Position numbers and translations under genes: made by a program. The notes under the pieces are model-generated. The model searched no databases. It saw only the letters and a list, made by a program, of their open reading frames with translations, and was not told where the DNA came from. Source: Leptospira biflexa (GTDB lineage: Bacteria; Spirochaetota; UBA4802; UB4802). From it: a stretch of 64,000 nt of DNA. Positions within the stretch are counted from its first letter, which is position 1. Each line of letters starts with the position of its first letter. The stretch covers positions 32,439 to 96,438 of the forward strand of contig DYLU01000001.1 of assembly GCA_020721905.1 (NCBI GenBank), written 5' to 3'. Below, piece after piece: positions 9,398 to 20,118 of this stretch.

Positions 9398-10486
9398 CTA
9401 AATTTTTCTTTTAATCTCATCTAAATCTGATTTATTTATCCTGGTAATTTTTAGTATCGTTTTTTCATCAAATCCGCTGCGAAGCATTTTTCGAGCAATA
9501 TTCATTCTTTCTTGTGAAACTCCGAGTGACAGCCCTTCTTTTTTACCTTTAACCATGCCTTGTATCAATCCTTTTTGTAATCCTTTTTGTAATCCTTTTT
9601 GTAATCCTTTTTGCAATCCCTCTTCCAATCCCTTTTGCAACCCAGTTCTTATACCCTTTTGAATACCTTCCTGGATTCCTAATTTCAACCCTTCTTCATA
9701 TCCTTCCTTCCTTAAATCCTTTTTTAACTGCTCCAATGTTTTAGACAGCATAGTATATGTCTCCTTTGGGTGTATTGTTTCCTCAAGAAATGGCTCTACA
9801 TTATCAATAATGCTGTGAGTCTTAAGATATTGTAAAAGCCAGATGAGTAATGTTCTTATGATAGTACTATCCTTATCATAAAACTGCATCAATTTTTGTA
9901 TTCTGTCAACAGTTTTTAAAAATTTTTCTTTATCACTACTTTCAAACAGAAATATAGTTGCTACTATATTCATCATATTTTCCAGATCATATTGTGAAAG
10001 TTCATTTTCTATAATTGGATAATATTGAAACTTTGGTATATATGGATTAATTTGTGATAGCTTATCCGGAATTTCAATCAATTGCTGTAACTCAGTTACT
10101 GCTGTCCACTTATGATCGCCATTATAAATAAGAAGTGGAAATACGACAGGCAATTTCTTTTGTCCGTGTTGATAAATGAGTTCTCGATATAATTCCATAA
10201 TATAATTAAGCATCCTGAAAGCCATGAACTGATCAACCGTTGATTGGAATTCTATTAGAAGATACAAATATATCTCACTATTACTTAATCGAAGTTTGTA
10301 AATGATGTCTGCTTCATATTCTTTGTATTCATCATTTATATAACTCTTATTAATTAACTGGGCAGTTGTAAAATCTATTTCTTTTACCCAATCCATGGAT
10401 ATAAATGACTCTAACAGCTCTTTGACAATTAATGGATTAGAAAACAAGTATTTGTACGCTTTATCATGAATATTATATTTTGGCAT
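9398..10486 (-). mobile_element. Rpn-family recombination-promoting nuclease / putative transposase (PD-(D/E)XK, YhgA-like) with a C-terminal (Q/E)KGL repeat tail
   Basis: N-terminal MPKYNIHDKAYKYLFSNPLIVKELLESF plus the D...E.K core is typical of the Rpn/transposase_31 family. The C-terminus carries GLQKGLQKGLQKGLQKGL repeats. It sits on the opposite strand between ilvN and ilvC, with AT-rich flanks. Confidence 0.65.
9567..9638. repeat. Tandem 12-bp repeat (AATCCTTTTTGT x4 near-perfect, plus 2 degenerate units) encoding the (QKGL)n tail of the Rpn protein
   Basis: Tandem units can be read directly at 9567, 9579, 9591, 9603, 9615 and 9627. Confidence 0.8.
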
Positions 10487-10740
10487 TATAATACCTCAAT
10501 AGTGGATTTTTAATAATTAATACGCTTTCTATAGAAAAAATTAACAGATTTAATAAAATTATTTTGTTTTTTTTATGTTTTTTAAAGAAAGTTTGTCATT
10601 TTTATGGGATGCGATAAAAGAAAATAAAAAATTAATTTTTTATTGCATATTATAAACACTACAATACACTATGTACTAATATCCACTTCATAGAAGAGTA
10701 TTGCTAACTCTGAAATAAAAATTTTAAACGAGGTAATGTT

Positions 10741-11742
10741 ATGGCAAAGATGTATTACGATAATGATGCCGATTTATCGGTAGTTTCAGGGAAAACTATT
10801 GCCGTCATAGGATATGGCAGTCAGGGTCACGCACAGGCACAAAATTTGCGTGATAGTGGCTGTAAAGTAATTGTTGCAGAACTTCCTGGCACACCTAATT
10901 ATGATTTAGCTGTTTCACATAATTTTAAACCCGTCAGTGCAAAAGAAGCTGCAGAAAAAGGCGATATCATTCAGATTCTGGCTCAGGACCATGTACAGGC
11001 TAAACTGTATGAAACAGATGTAAAACCTCATCTTAAAAAAGGAAAAACTCTTGTTTTTTCCCATGGTTTCAACATCCATTTTGGGCAGATAGTTCCTCCT
11101 GCAGATGTAGATGTCATCATGGTTGCACCTAAGGGACCGGGCCATTTAGTACGCAGCGAATATGAAAAAGGTGGTGGAGTTCCATGTCTTATTGCTATTC
11201 ATAATGATGCCACTGGTAAAGCAAAAGAAACAGCTCTTGCATACGCAAAAGGTATTGGAGCAACCCGCGCAGGAGTTATTGAAACAACTTTTAAAGAAGA
11301 AACTGAAACTGATCTATTTGGCGAGCAGTGTGTATTGTGTGGAGGTGTGTCTGAACTTGTAAAAGCCGGATTTGATACTCTGGTTGAAGCCGGATATCAG
11401 CCAGAGATTGCCTATTTTGAATGTATGCATGAACTTAAGCTTATTGTTGACCTCTTCTATCAGGGCGGTATTAATTACATGCGCTATTCGGTTTCTGATA
11501 CTGCAGAATACGGCGATTACATGGTTGGGAAACGTATCGTGACATCTGAAACCCGTAAAGAAATGAAAAAGGTTCTGGAAGAAATACAATCAGGCCAGTT
11601 TGCCCGCCAGTGGATACTTGAAAATTTAGCTGGTCGACCGCAATTCAATGCAATTAAAAAACGTGAACGCGATCACCTTATCGAGCGGGTTGGTCGTGAA
11701 TTACGAAAAATGATGAAATGGATTGATAGTAAAGAAGCTTAA
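10741..11742 (+). CDS. ilvC: Ketol-acid reductoisomerase
   Basis: Rossmann motif [18 protein letters not shown] and the conserved KARI C-terminal domain. SD GAGG lies upstream. Confidence 0.9.
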   Translation: MAKMYYDNDADLSVVSGKTIAVIGYGSQGHAQAQNLRDSGCKVIVAELPGTPNYDLAVSHNFKPVSAKEAAEKGDIIQILAQDHVQAKLYETDVKPHLKKGKTLVFSHGFNIHFGQIVPPADVDVIMVAPKGPGHLVRSEYEKGGGVPCLIAIHNDATGKAKETALAYAKGIGATRAGVIETTFKEETETDLFGEQCVLCGGVSELVKAGFDTLVEAGYQPEIAYFECMHELKLIVDLFYQGGINYMRYSVSDTAEYGDYMVGKRIVTSETRKEMKKVLEEIQSGQFARQWILENLAGRPQFNAIKKRERDHLIERVGRELRKMMKWIDSKEA

Positions 11743-11748
11743 TTCCTT

Positions 11749-11794
11749 CAGGGTGCAATTATTTTGCAATTGCACCCTGGTATTTATTTTTTTG
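11749..11794 (+). terminator. Rho-independent terminator after ilvC
   Basis: 12-bp stem CAGGGTGCAATT/AATTGCACCCTG with a 7-nt loop, followed by a T-rich run (TATTTATTTTTTT). Confidence 0.8.
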
Positions 11795-11909
11795 CAACCT
11801 CTCTCCTATTACTCCTGTCTATAATAATAACCATACAATATCACATACTGTTCTCTATATAGAAACAATACATAAATTCTTAATTTACATAAAATACCAG
11901 GAGTTTATT

Positions 11910-13520
11910 ATGAATAAAAAAGTTAAAAAAGTATTATTGGTATATCCGGAAATTCCCCTGACATATTGGAGCTTTAAATATTCACTGGAATTTATAGGCA
12001 AAAAATCCGTATTCCCGCCATTAGGACTTCTTACTGTTGCTGCCATATTACCACGGGAATGGGAAATTGAACTTATTGACTTAAATACTACAACTCTTGA
12101 TCCAGAAATTTTGCCGCAATATGATATGGTTTTCCTGTCAGCAATGCTTGTTCAGCAAGAATCTTTTGCTACAGTAGCCAGTTTATGTAAACATTACAAT
12201 GTACCTGTGGTTGCGGGAGGACCGTATCCAACATCTTTATGGCAAACTATCCCGGATGTAAGTTATTTTGTGCTTAACGAAGCTGAAGTTACATTACCAC
12301 TATTTTTACATGATTTGCAGTATGGGAACCCCAACCACGTATACAGCTCTGATGAAAAACCGGCTCTTGATAAAACACCTGTACCTCGCTTTGATATTAT
12401 TGATTTAACACCCTATGCCAGTGTACCATTACAATTTTCACGAGGATGCCCCTTTAACTGTGAATTTTGCGATATTATCTCACTTTTTGGCCGTATACCA
12501 CGCACAAAATCACCAGAACAATTCCTTGCAGAACTTGATGCTGTATATGCAACTGGATTCAGGGAATCAATCTTTATTGTAGATGATAATTTTATTGGAA
12601 ACAAAATAAAAGCAAAGGAACTACTTAAAGAAATAATTCAATGGCAAAAAGAACATTCCTATCCTTTTTCATTTCAAACTGAGGCAAGTGTTAACTTAGC
12701 ACACGATAAAGAACTTATGGAACTGATGTATAAAGCTGGTTTTGATATGGTATTTTTGGGAATTGAAACGCCGGTAATTTCTTCTCTGGAAGGCGCCGGG
12801 AAAACACAAAATACCAAAGAAGATTTGCTTTCAAATGTTGCAACCATTCAACAGCATGGAATGGAAGTCAGTGGAGGATTTATTGTAGGATTTGATGATG
12901 ATCCCGAAGATGTGTTTGAATTACAAAAGAATTTTATTCAAGCCTCAGGTATACCAATGGCAATGGTTGGTATATTAGATGCTCTTCCTCATACACGCTT
13001 ATATAATCGCTTGCAACAGGAAGAAAGATTGTTATGCGAGTCAAATGGCAATAACACACATAAATTAGCACCAAATTTCATACCAAAAATGCCAGTAAAA
13101 ACACTCATCGATGGCTATATTAATCTATTAAAAACAATTTACCAACCAAAAAACTATTTTTCACGCTGTATTACATTACTGCAAAGAATTCCTGATAAGC
13201 GAATGGTATACCGACAATTTACTTTCAAAGAATTTAAAGCGCTTATACTATCGCTTATAAAACAGGGCTTTTCAAGTTATAATATACATTACTTTAAATT
13301 TTTACTGACTACATTACGCATACGTCCAAAGCTTTTTTCCGAAGCTATTGCATTTGCAATCAAAGGATACCATCTTTTTAAAATTACTGAAATATTGCTG
13401 GATGAATATAATAAATCCTTGAAAGAAGAAGAACATACTGATACATTGGCACCATCATTTGCTGACACATTTACATCCAGTACTGACAGCACTGGATTAG
13501 CACATACTGATAATCCATAG
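11910..13520 (+). CDS. B12-binding-domain radical SAM protein (class B) with a DUF4070-like C-terminal region
   Basis: An N-terminal cobalamin-binding-like Rossmann region is followed by a radical SAM cluster motif CPFNCEFC (Cx3Cx2C). 536 aa; SD AGGAG upstream. Confidence 0.7.
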   Translation: MNKKVKKVLLVYPEIPLTYWSFKYSLEFIGKKSVFPPLGLLTVAAILPREWEIELIDLNTTTLDPEILPQYDMVFLSAMLVQQESFATVASLCKHYNVPVVAGGPYPTSLWQTIPDVSYFVLNEAEVTLPLFLHDLQYGNPNHVYSSDEKPALDKTPVPRFDIIDLTPYASVPLQFSRGCPFNCEFCDIISLFGRIPRTKSPEQFLAELDAVYATGFRESIFIVDDNFIGNKIKAKELLKEIIQWQKEHSYPFSFQTEASVNLAHDKELMELMYKAGFDMVFLGIETPVISSLEGAGKTQNTKEDLLSNVATIQQHGMEVSGGFIVGFDDDPEDVFELQKNFIQASGIPMAMVGILDALPHTRLYNRLQQEERLLCESNGNNTHKLAPNFIPKMPVKTLIDGYINLLKTIYQPKNYFSRCITLLQRIPDKRMVYRQFTFKEFKALILSLIKQGFSSYNIHYFKFLLTTLRIRPKLFSEAIAFAIKGYHLFKITEILLDEYNKSLKEEEHTDTLAPSFADTFTSSTDSTGLAHTDNP

Positions 13521-13534
13521 GAGGCATTTGAACC

Positions 13535-13873
13535 ATGTCAACACCTTCAGAAGCTGTTCAGATATTAGTGACCGTTATTCCCATAGTTGGTATTATAGCA
13601 GGAGCTGTTGTCATCTTCTTCTTCCTGTATTTCAATTATAAACAGAAGATGCTCCTTATTGAAAAAGGATTGTATCAAAAAATATCATTTGATTTTGATG
13701 CATTTAGCCTTTTCAGCGGATTTCTGCTAACCGGTGCCGGAGCTGCACTAACTATTTTCTTTGTTCTTAAAGATGGCATATCGTATGCCCTTATAGGGGG
13801 GCTGGTCCCATTGGGATTGGGCATCAGTTTCATTATGTATTACTTTACCAAAATGAAAACAATTACAAAATGA
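13535..13873 (+). CDS. Small integral membrane protein (3 predicted TM helices), unknown function
   Basis: Strong SD AGGAGG. Hydrophobic helices are obvious. The stop overlaps the ECF sigma start (ATGA). Confidence 0.55.
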   Translation: MSTPSEAVQILVTVIPIVGIIAGAVVIFFFLYFNYKQKMLLIEKGLYQKISFDFDAFSLFSGFLLTGAGAALTIFFVLKDGISYALIGGLVPLGLGISFIMYYFTKMKTITK

Positions 13874-14427
13874 CAGCACAACATGATGAGTACATTGTAC
13901 AACAGATTCTTAAAGGCAAGCAGGAGTTATTTAGAATTATTGTTGAGCGTTACCAGAACCATATATTTACACTGGGAATGCGGTTTTTTAAAAATTATGA
14001 TGATGCAGCAGATTTCACCCAGGAGGTTTTTGTAAAAGTGTACAACAATTTAGCTTCATTCAAAGGGCTTGCATCATTTAAAAGCTGGCTTATGAAAGTT
14101 GGGTACAACCATGCTGTTAACAAGCTTAACAGTTCAAAAAACAATAATTCTGACGAATATAATGACAGTATTGATAATTGCCCCAACCCGGAAATGCAGA
14201 CGATGCAGAATGAACTACAAGCAATTCTTGAAAAAGCTATTAACACTCTACCCCAAGAATACAGGATATGCATTGACCTTTATTTTTATGTAGGATTGCC
14301 ATTTAAAGAAATTTCCAATATAACAGGTTATCCTGTTAATACCATCAAGTCATATGTCTTCAGAGCAAAGCAGCAACTACGACATGCATTAAAAGGCACC
14401 ATAGCGGAGGAATACCATGAGATGTGA
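13870..14427 (+). CDS. RNA polymerase sigma-70 factor, ECF subfamily
   Basis: Region 2 (DFTQEVFVKVY) and region 4 HTH (FKEISNITGYPVNTIKSYVFRAKQQL) are present. 185 aa. Confidence 0.8.
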   Translation: MTAQHDEYIVQQILKGKQELFRIIVERYQNHIFTLGMRFFKNYDDAADFTQEVFVKVYNNLASFKGLASFKSWLMKVGYNHAVNKLNSSKNNNSDEYNDSIDNCPNPEMQTMQNELQAILEKAINTLPQEYRICIDLYFYVGLPFKEISNITGYPVNTIKSYVFRAKQQLRHALKGTIAEEYHEM

Positions 14428-14866
14428 AAAAGCCATTGAAAAGTACTTAAGCCTTGATAACAATCAATCCATGCCATTGTCACTAATGTTCCATCTTTTT
14501 ACATGTAAACAATGCAAGAAAGAAATTGAAGATCTGCGCACTACATTTACAGCCTTACGCAATCCACCTTATACCATATTGCTGGGAAATGAAATCATGC
14601 AGCAGATAATGTTACACAAAGCATACTATCAAACGGTATCCAATTTTAACTGGATTGCTGCCGGCCTTATTATTATATTGAGTATTGGGAGTATATCATA
14701 CAGTGATACACTGCAATGGTTAAGCCAGTACTTTGGCAATAAAATCCTGGTACCGCTGTATCTTGTGATGGGATGTATAATATCAGGCTTTATTGGCAGT
14801 TACGTTGCAACACATCTAAAAAAATTAGAGGCAATAGCTCATAGCATTATGTCATTACTTCGATGA
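14417..14866 (+). CDS. Anti-sigma factor, zinc-finger (ZAS-like Hx3Cx2C) with a C-terminal TM segment
   Basis: HLFTCKQCKK zinc-binding motif immediately downstream of the ECF sigma gene, overlapping it by 11 nt. Hydrophobic C-terminus. Confidence 0.6.
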   Translation: MRCEKAIEKYLSLDNNQSMPLSLMFHLFTCKQCKKEIEDLRTTFTALRNPPYTILLGNEIMQQIMLHKAYYQTVSNFNWIAAGLIIILSIGSISYSDTLQWLSQYFGNKILVPLYLVMGCIISGFIGSYVATHLKKLEAIAHSIMSLLR

Positions 14867-14928
14867 GCGTGAATTCATTTTTTCTGGTAAATATTGCACA
14901 CACATAAATGTGTACAGTAATTCCTTTA

Positions 14929-17625
14929 TCAATAAGCCTCAGCCCAGTTTTTGGCCCAACCCACATCTACAACAACCGGTACGTCAAGTGTGATTGCACT
15001 TTTCATTTCACTTACCACAATGCCTTCAACAATATCCTTTTCATCTTCAGGAACTTCAAACACCAGTTCATCATGTACCTGAAGAATCATCCTGCTTTTC
15101 AATTTTTTATCAACAAATGTCTTGTGAATGGCAATCATTGCCACCTTGATCATATCAGCCGATGTTCCCTGAATGGGTGTATTGATTGCAATTCGTTCTG
15201 CACCTTCGCGCCTGAACTGATTGCTTGATGTAATTTCGGGGATATAGCGCTTTCGCCCCAATAATGTTTGCACATACCCATATTTTCGGGCAAAAGCAAT
15301 GGTACTTTCAATGTACTCTTTTATCTTTGGATATGCACTGAAATATTTTTCAATAAATCGTGTTGCATCTTCAAATGAAATATCAGCCTGCTGTGAAAGC
15401 CCATACGGCGATACACCATAAATAGTAGCAAAGTTTATAATCTTTGCCTGTCTCCGCATTGCATCCGTAACCCTTTCCAGTGGTACATTGAACACTGCTG
15501 AGGCTGTTTGAGCATGAATATCTATACCTTTATGAAACGCTTCAATCATGGTGGTATCCCCTGACAGATGTGCAGCTAAACGCAACTCAATCTGTGAATA
15601 ATCAGCTGATAACATAAGGTAATCTTTTTCCACTACAAAGCCTGCCCGTATATTTTTGCCAAATTCATCACGCACCGGAATATTTTGCAAATTGGGATCG
15701 GATGATGAAAGCCTGCCTGTTGCAGTCACTGTCTGATTAAAGGATGTGTGAATTCTACCGGTTTTTGGATTAACCAGTGCAGGCAGTGTATCAACATATG
15801 TTGTCTGTAATTTGCTAAGTGTTCGGTACTCAATCAAATAATCAATAATCTCGTGCTGTCCCTTCAAAGCTTCCAGCACCTGAATATCAGTGGAAAATCC
15901 AGTTTTTGTTTTCTTCACGGGTTTAAGCCCAATCTTTTCAAATAATATGTGCGATAGTTCCCGCGTTGAGTTGATATTAAAAGAAAGCCCTGCCAGTGAG
16001 TAAATTCTTTCTTCTGTTTGTTTAATTTTATGCGATAGTTCCTTAGATAGAGTTTCAAAATGTTCAAGGTCAATCTTTACCCCGTAATATTCCACGTACG
16101 CAAGCACGGTAACAAGCGGCATTTCAACATTGAAAAACAATTCAAGCAGGTTTTCCTTTTCTAACTTTTTATTCAGTATATGGTATAAACGCAACGCAAT
16201 ATCAGCATCTTCAATAGCGTAGCGCGATAGCTTCTGCATTGGAACCTGCGTGATATGCTGTACCTTTTTACCCTCTTTTACCAGTTCATCATATGTTATC
16301 TTTGTATAATTGAGATATTCTGATGCCAAATCATCTAAATTATGCCGCCGTAATCCGGGATTGAGTAAATATGAGGCAACCATGGTATCAAAATAAATGC
16401 CTGTAAGCGTAATACCACAGTTGAGCATAATCAGCATGTCATACTTTATATTCTGACCAATTTTCTTTATTGTTTCATCTTCAAGGATAGTTTTAATTTT
16501 TAGAAGCATTTGATCTTTGGGTACTGCATTATAGCTCCAGAGGGAACTATCGCCCACTGGAATAAACCATCCTGACTCAGGTGCAACAGAAAACGATACG
16601 CCCACAAGCTCTGCTTCCATTGGTTTTGATGATGTAGTTTCGGTATCAAATGACACAAGTCCTGCTTTTTTTATTGCTTCAATAACATTGTTCAGCGAAT
16701 CAATATCAGTTACTGTGGAATATCCTGCTATTTCCTTAACTGAAATTGATTTTTCTGTAACGCCCAATTCTCGGGCAATTGAATCCATTTCTAAAATTTT
16801 AAAAATCTGCCTTACCTTTTCATTGTGCAGGTCAGGGGTCAGAGCCTTTTCAATGGAAAGTGGCAATGGTATATCAGTCTTTATGGTCACAAGCTGGCGA
16901 GAAAGATATGCTGAGTCTTTCTGTGATTCAATCTGTTCCTTGATTTTCCCGGTAAGCTCATGCAAATGCATATAAATATTATCTAACGTTCCATACTGCT
17001 GCAAAAGTTTTGATGCAGTTTTTTCGCCAATACCTTTTACACCCGGGATATTATCAACAGCATCACCGGTGAGTGCCATATAGTCAATGATTTGCTCAGG
17101 TTTCACGCCTATTTTTTCAATAACAGTATCAGCATCAATGCTTTCAAATTCAGTGATGCCTTTTTTCCCGGCATAAATTGAGACATTCCTATCGCTCAAA
17201 AGCTGGTAAGCGTCCTTATCACCGGTAACAAGTACCACTCTGTATCTATCCGAATACTGACTAGCAATAGAACCAAGCACGTCATCAGCTTCATAATCAT
17301 CCATAATGACAACGGTAAATCCCATATCCCGCAATATTACTTTGATTTCTTCAATCTGGCTGCGCAAGTCATCTGGCATTTTTGCTCGCTGCGCTTTATA
17401 CTCAGGATAAATAGAAAATCGAAAAGATTTTTTTGGCGGGTCAAACGCTATTATTGTGTAATCAGGCTGCTGCGTTTGCAATAAACGAAGTAGCATCCTG
17501 AAAAAACCATAGATTGCTGATACATTTTGCCCTTTGCTATTAATTAAAGGATTCCGTTGAAATGCAAAATATGCCCTATAGCATAATGCATGACCATCAA
17601 CTACGTATAGTGTTTTTCCCTGCAT
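14929..17625 (-). CDS. polA: DNA polymerase I
   Basis: 5'-3' exonuclease N-terminus (LYVVDGHALCYRAYFA), a 3'-5' exonuclease domain, and polymerase motifs RRQAKIINFATIYG and HDELVFE. 898 aa. Confidence 0.95.
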   Translation of the reverse strand: MQGKTLYVVDGHALCYRAYFAFQRNPLINSKGQNVSAIYGFFRMLLRLLQTQQPDYTIIAFDPPKKSFRFSIYPEYKAQRAKMPDDLRSQIEEIKVILRDMGFTVVIMDDYEADDVLGSIASQYSDRYRVVLVTGDKDAYQLLSDRNVSIYAGKKGITEFESIDADTVIEKIGVKPEQIIDYMALTGDAVDNIPGVKGIGEKTASKLLQQYGTLDNIYMHLHELTGKIKEQIESQKDSAYLSRQLVTIKTDIPLPLSIEKALTPDLHNEKVRQIFKILEMDSIARELGVTEKSISVKEIAGYSTVTDIDSLNNVIEAIKKAGLVSFDTETTSSKPMEAELVGVSFSVAPESGWFIPVGDSSLWSYNAVPKDQMLLKIKTILEDETIKKIGQNIKYDMLIMLNCGITLTGIYFDTMVASYLLNPGLRRHNLDDLASEYLNYTKITYDELVKEGKKVQHITQVPMQKLSRYAIEDADIALRLYHILNKKLEKENLLELFFNVEMPLVTVLAYVEYYGVKIDLEHFETLSKELSHKIKQTEERIYSLAGLSFNINSTRELSHILFEKIGLKPVKKTKTGFSTDIQVLEALKGQHEIIDYLIEYRTLSKLQTTYVDTLPALVNPKTGRIHTSFNQTVTATGRLSSSDPNLQNIPVRDEFGKNIRAGFVVEKDYLMLSADYSQIELRLAAHLSGDTTMIEAFHKGIDIHAQTASAVFNVPLERVTDAMRRQAKIINFATIYGVSPYGLSQQADISFEDATRFIEKYFSAYPKIKEYIESTIAFARKYGYVQTLLGRKRYIPEITSSNQFRREGAERIAINTPIQGTSADMIKVAMIAIHKTFVDKKLKSRMILQVHDELVFEVPEDEKDIVEGIVVSEMKSAITLDVPVVVDVGWAKNWAEAY

Positions 17626-20041
17626 AATTATTTAACACACCTTTTGTTTTATGGACTATTTCATGAACATCATACATCTTTTGCCAAACCTCGCAGGCTC
17701 CCATACGCATTAATTGCTCTTTCATTGTATCATCATAATAGCCGCTCATCATTACAACTGGTATATCAGGATGATTATTTTTCATGTAATTCAGGACATC
17801 TTCACCGGTAACTACCGGCATTCGCACATCGCTTATAACCAGTTTTACAGTATCAGTATGGGAATCAATATATGCAAATGCTTCGTTGGGATTGGTAAAT
17901 GTCATTGCTTGCAAGTCACCTAATTTCAAGGATTCCTGATATAATGAGCAAATATTATCATCATCGTCAATAATAATTATAGTGCCACTGGTTGCCTGCA
18001 GTGCCTGGTTGTTTTTTTCTTCAGTTAGTTTTTGCAAAGACTTTACAGGCAAATAAATATAAAAGCTTGTACCAGAACCCGGTGTTGAAATGACATCAAT
18101 AAAACCTTTATGCCGCTTAACAATAGCATACACTATAGCCAATCCCAACCCGCTTCCCTTTTCTTTTGTAGTATATAGAGGCTCAAAAATATGTTCAAGG
18201 TGTTCAGGGGCAATTCCTGTTCCTGTATCGCTTATCTTCAGGAATATATAATCACCAGCAGGTATAGTTTCTACTAAACCCGCTTTTTCATGTGCCACTG
18301 TGGTATTTTCAGTCTGTATGGTAATGGTGCCACCTTGAGGCATGGCTTCAGCAGCATTAATCATAAGATTCATGATTACCTGCTGCATTTCAGTGGCATC
18401 ACCGGATATAATATCATTAAACGCATGTAATAACTGGACAACCTCACAATTTTTTGATAAAGCAGTATGCAGTAACGAAACAGTATTGGGGATCATAATA
18501 TGCAGATGTATATCACTGGCATGGAATGCCTTTTTATGTGAAAACGTCAGAAGTTTTGCCACAAGATCTTTGGCATGATTGCCAGCCTGGATAATTTTCT
18601 CAATGGCAGGTTTTTTCTTATCTTCAATGGATGTTTCGACAAGATGGGCATACCCTAATATCACGGTAAGGATATTATTGAAATCATGCGCTATGCCTCC
18701 TGCTATCTTTCCAATAATTTCTAATTTTTGTGATTGTAACAACTCCCCTTTTAACTGTTCCTGTTTTACAAGCAAATGAGTAAGCTCCGTGGTATCGCTC
18801 ACCACACACTCAAATGCCTCCTGTCCCATCCATATTGCAGGCCGTATCCTGAACAACAAAGTCAGATTAACACCATCCTTTCTTTTCCACACTGCTTTGT
18901 GAATATGCTGGCCGTATAACAATTCCTTCATTGTATCAAACGATGAATACTGTGCTTTTGATTCCCCTTCAACAGAATAGTCATCAAAATAATCATCCAA
19001 TGTTTTTCCCATTATAGATTCTACCGAGGTGCCAGCAATGCGTGCGCCTTCATAATTTGTAAGGACAATTGCGTTTTTTTGCAGTATATATACTCCAACA
19101 TTCAAATCATTAATCAGATTTCTGAAATATGTTTCAAGTAATTGAAGTTTGTGTATTTTTTTTCTTCGCTCATATAGTTGAAATACAAGAAATGAAAAAA
19201 GTACTGTAATAACAACTGTTCCAATATACATTATCACACGTTTAGAAACATCAGGCGGGGGCATAACGGCAAACCATTTCCAGTACAGCATATCAATAAA
19301 ATTCTGAGATTTTAATTCATGGATACTATCACTTATAATTGTTACTAATTCTTTATTGTGAAATGAAACAGGAAATGCAATTTTTTTACGGTCATATACT
19401 ATATCACCCCATTTACCTTTTGCAATTTTAATACTGCCCAAAAAAAATTTATTAAGTAAATACACTGAATTGAGATAATCATTTAAAACAGCATCCAGCC
19501 TGCCATTCACAAGCGCATTAAATGATTCAACGGTATCCTGAAAGCGGACTATGGTAATATCATAATCCTTCGCCATCAGCCTGGCAGCATATTTATCACC
19601 GGAAGCATCTTTTTTAACACCTACGGTCATATTTGCAAGATCATAAATTGTGCGGACACTGCTTCCTGCAGGAAGCACCAGCACCAGGCCACCTTCCAGA
19701 TAGTTATCGGAAAAATTAAACCAGTGTTCCCGTTCCTCAGTAACATAGATACAGCCAATAGCCATATCAGCTTTCCCTTCCCTAACCTGTTGAAGCATAT
19801 CCTGGAATGAAGTTATGGTTATCGTGTAACTAATATTATTGAGTTTGCATATTTCGTTAAGAAGGTCAATATCAAAGCCGGTAAGTTTTCCATCCTTGTA
19901 CATTATAAAGGGCTCATAAATAGCAGTAACAACATGAATATGTTTTTGACGTTTGTTTTGGTGGGTATCAGCAAATAATGCACTACATACAACAAGTGCG
20001 ATAGTTACTGATAAAAAAATTTTTGCCATGAATTTACTCAT
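17597..20041 (-). CDS. Hybrid sensor histidine kinase (periplasmic solute-binding domain - TM - PAS - HisKA/HATPase - receiver)
   Basis: H-box IAHDFNNILTVI, ATPase G-boxes (ISDTGTGI, GSGLGLAIV) and a C-terminal receiver domain (IIIIDDDD...D). The N-terminal domain resembles an SBP_bac_3 binding protein. Overlaps polA by 29 nt. Confidence 0.8.
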   Translation of the reverse strand: MSKFMAKIFLSVTIALVVCSALFADTHQNKRQKHIHVVTAIYEPFIMYKDGKLTGFDIDLLNEICKLNNISYTITITSFQDMLQQVREGKADMAIGCIYVTEEREHWFNFSDNYLEGGLVLVLPAGSSVRTIYDLANMTVGVKKDASGDKYAARLMAKDYDITIVRFQDTVESFNALVNGRLDAVLNDYLNSVYLLNKFFLGSIKIAKGKWGDIVYDRKKIAFPVSFHNKELVTIISDSIHELKSQNFIDMLYWKWFAVMPPPDVSKRVIMYIGTVVITVLFSFLVFQLYERRKKIHKLQLLETYFRNLINDLNVGVYILQKNAIVLTNYEGARIAGTSVESIMGKTLDDYFDDYSVEGESKAQYSSFDTMKELLYGQHIHKAVWKRKDGVNLTLLFRIRPAIWMGQEAFECVVSDTTELTHLLVKQEQLKGELLQSQKLEIIGKIAGGIAHDFNNILTVILGYAHLVETSIEDKKKPAIEKIIQAGNHAKDLVAKLLTFSHKKAFHASDIHLHIMIPNTVSLLHTALSKNCEVVQLLHAFNDIISGDATEMQQVIMNLMINAAEAMPQGGTITIQTENTTVAHEKAGLVETIPAGDYIFLKISDTGTGIAPEHLEHIFEPLYTTKEKGSGLGLAIVYAIVKRHKGFIDVISTPGSGTSFYIYLPVKSLQKLTEEKNNQALQATSGTIIIIDDDDNICSLYQESLKLGDLQAMTFTNPNEAFAYIDSHTDTVKLVISDVRMPVVTGEDVLNYMKNNHPDIPVVMMSGYYDDTMKEQLMRMGACEVWQKMYDVHEIVHKTKGVLNNYAGKNTIRS

Positions 20042-20118
20042 GGCAAAACTATAAAAGTAAACTGGTAATTTGTCAAAAAGAAAATTACAGCAATACGTTT
20101 TCTAACCAAAAACGAAAA

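Noticed and set aside
9398-10486. Possibility that the Rpn gene marks a prophage or a larger mobile island
   Set aside because: There are no integrase, phage structural or conjugation genes nearby. ilvN and ilvC flank it directly, so it is a single-gene insertion.
14867-14928. Short inverted repeat CACACAT-AA-ATGTGTG between the anti-sigma gene and polA as a terminator
   Set aside because: The stem is only 6-7 bp with no U-tract, which is too weak to call.
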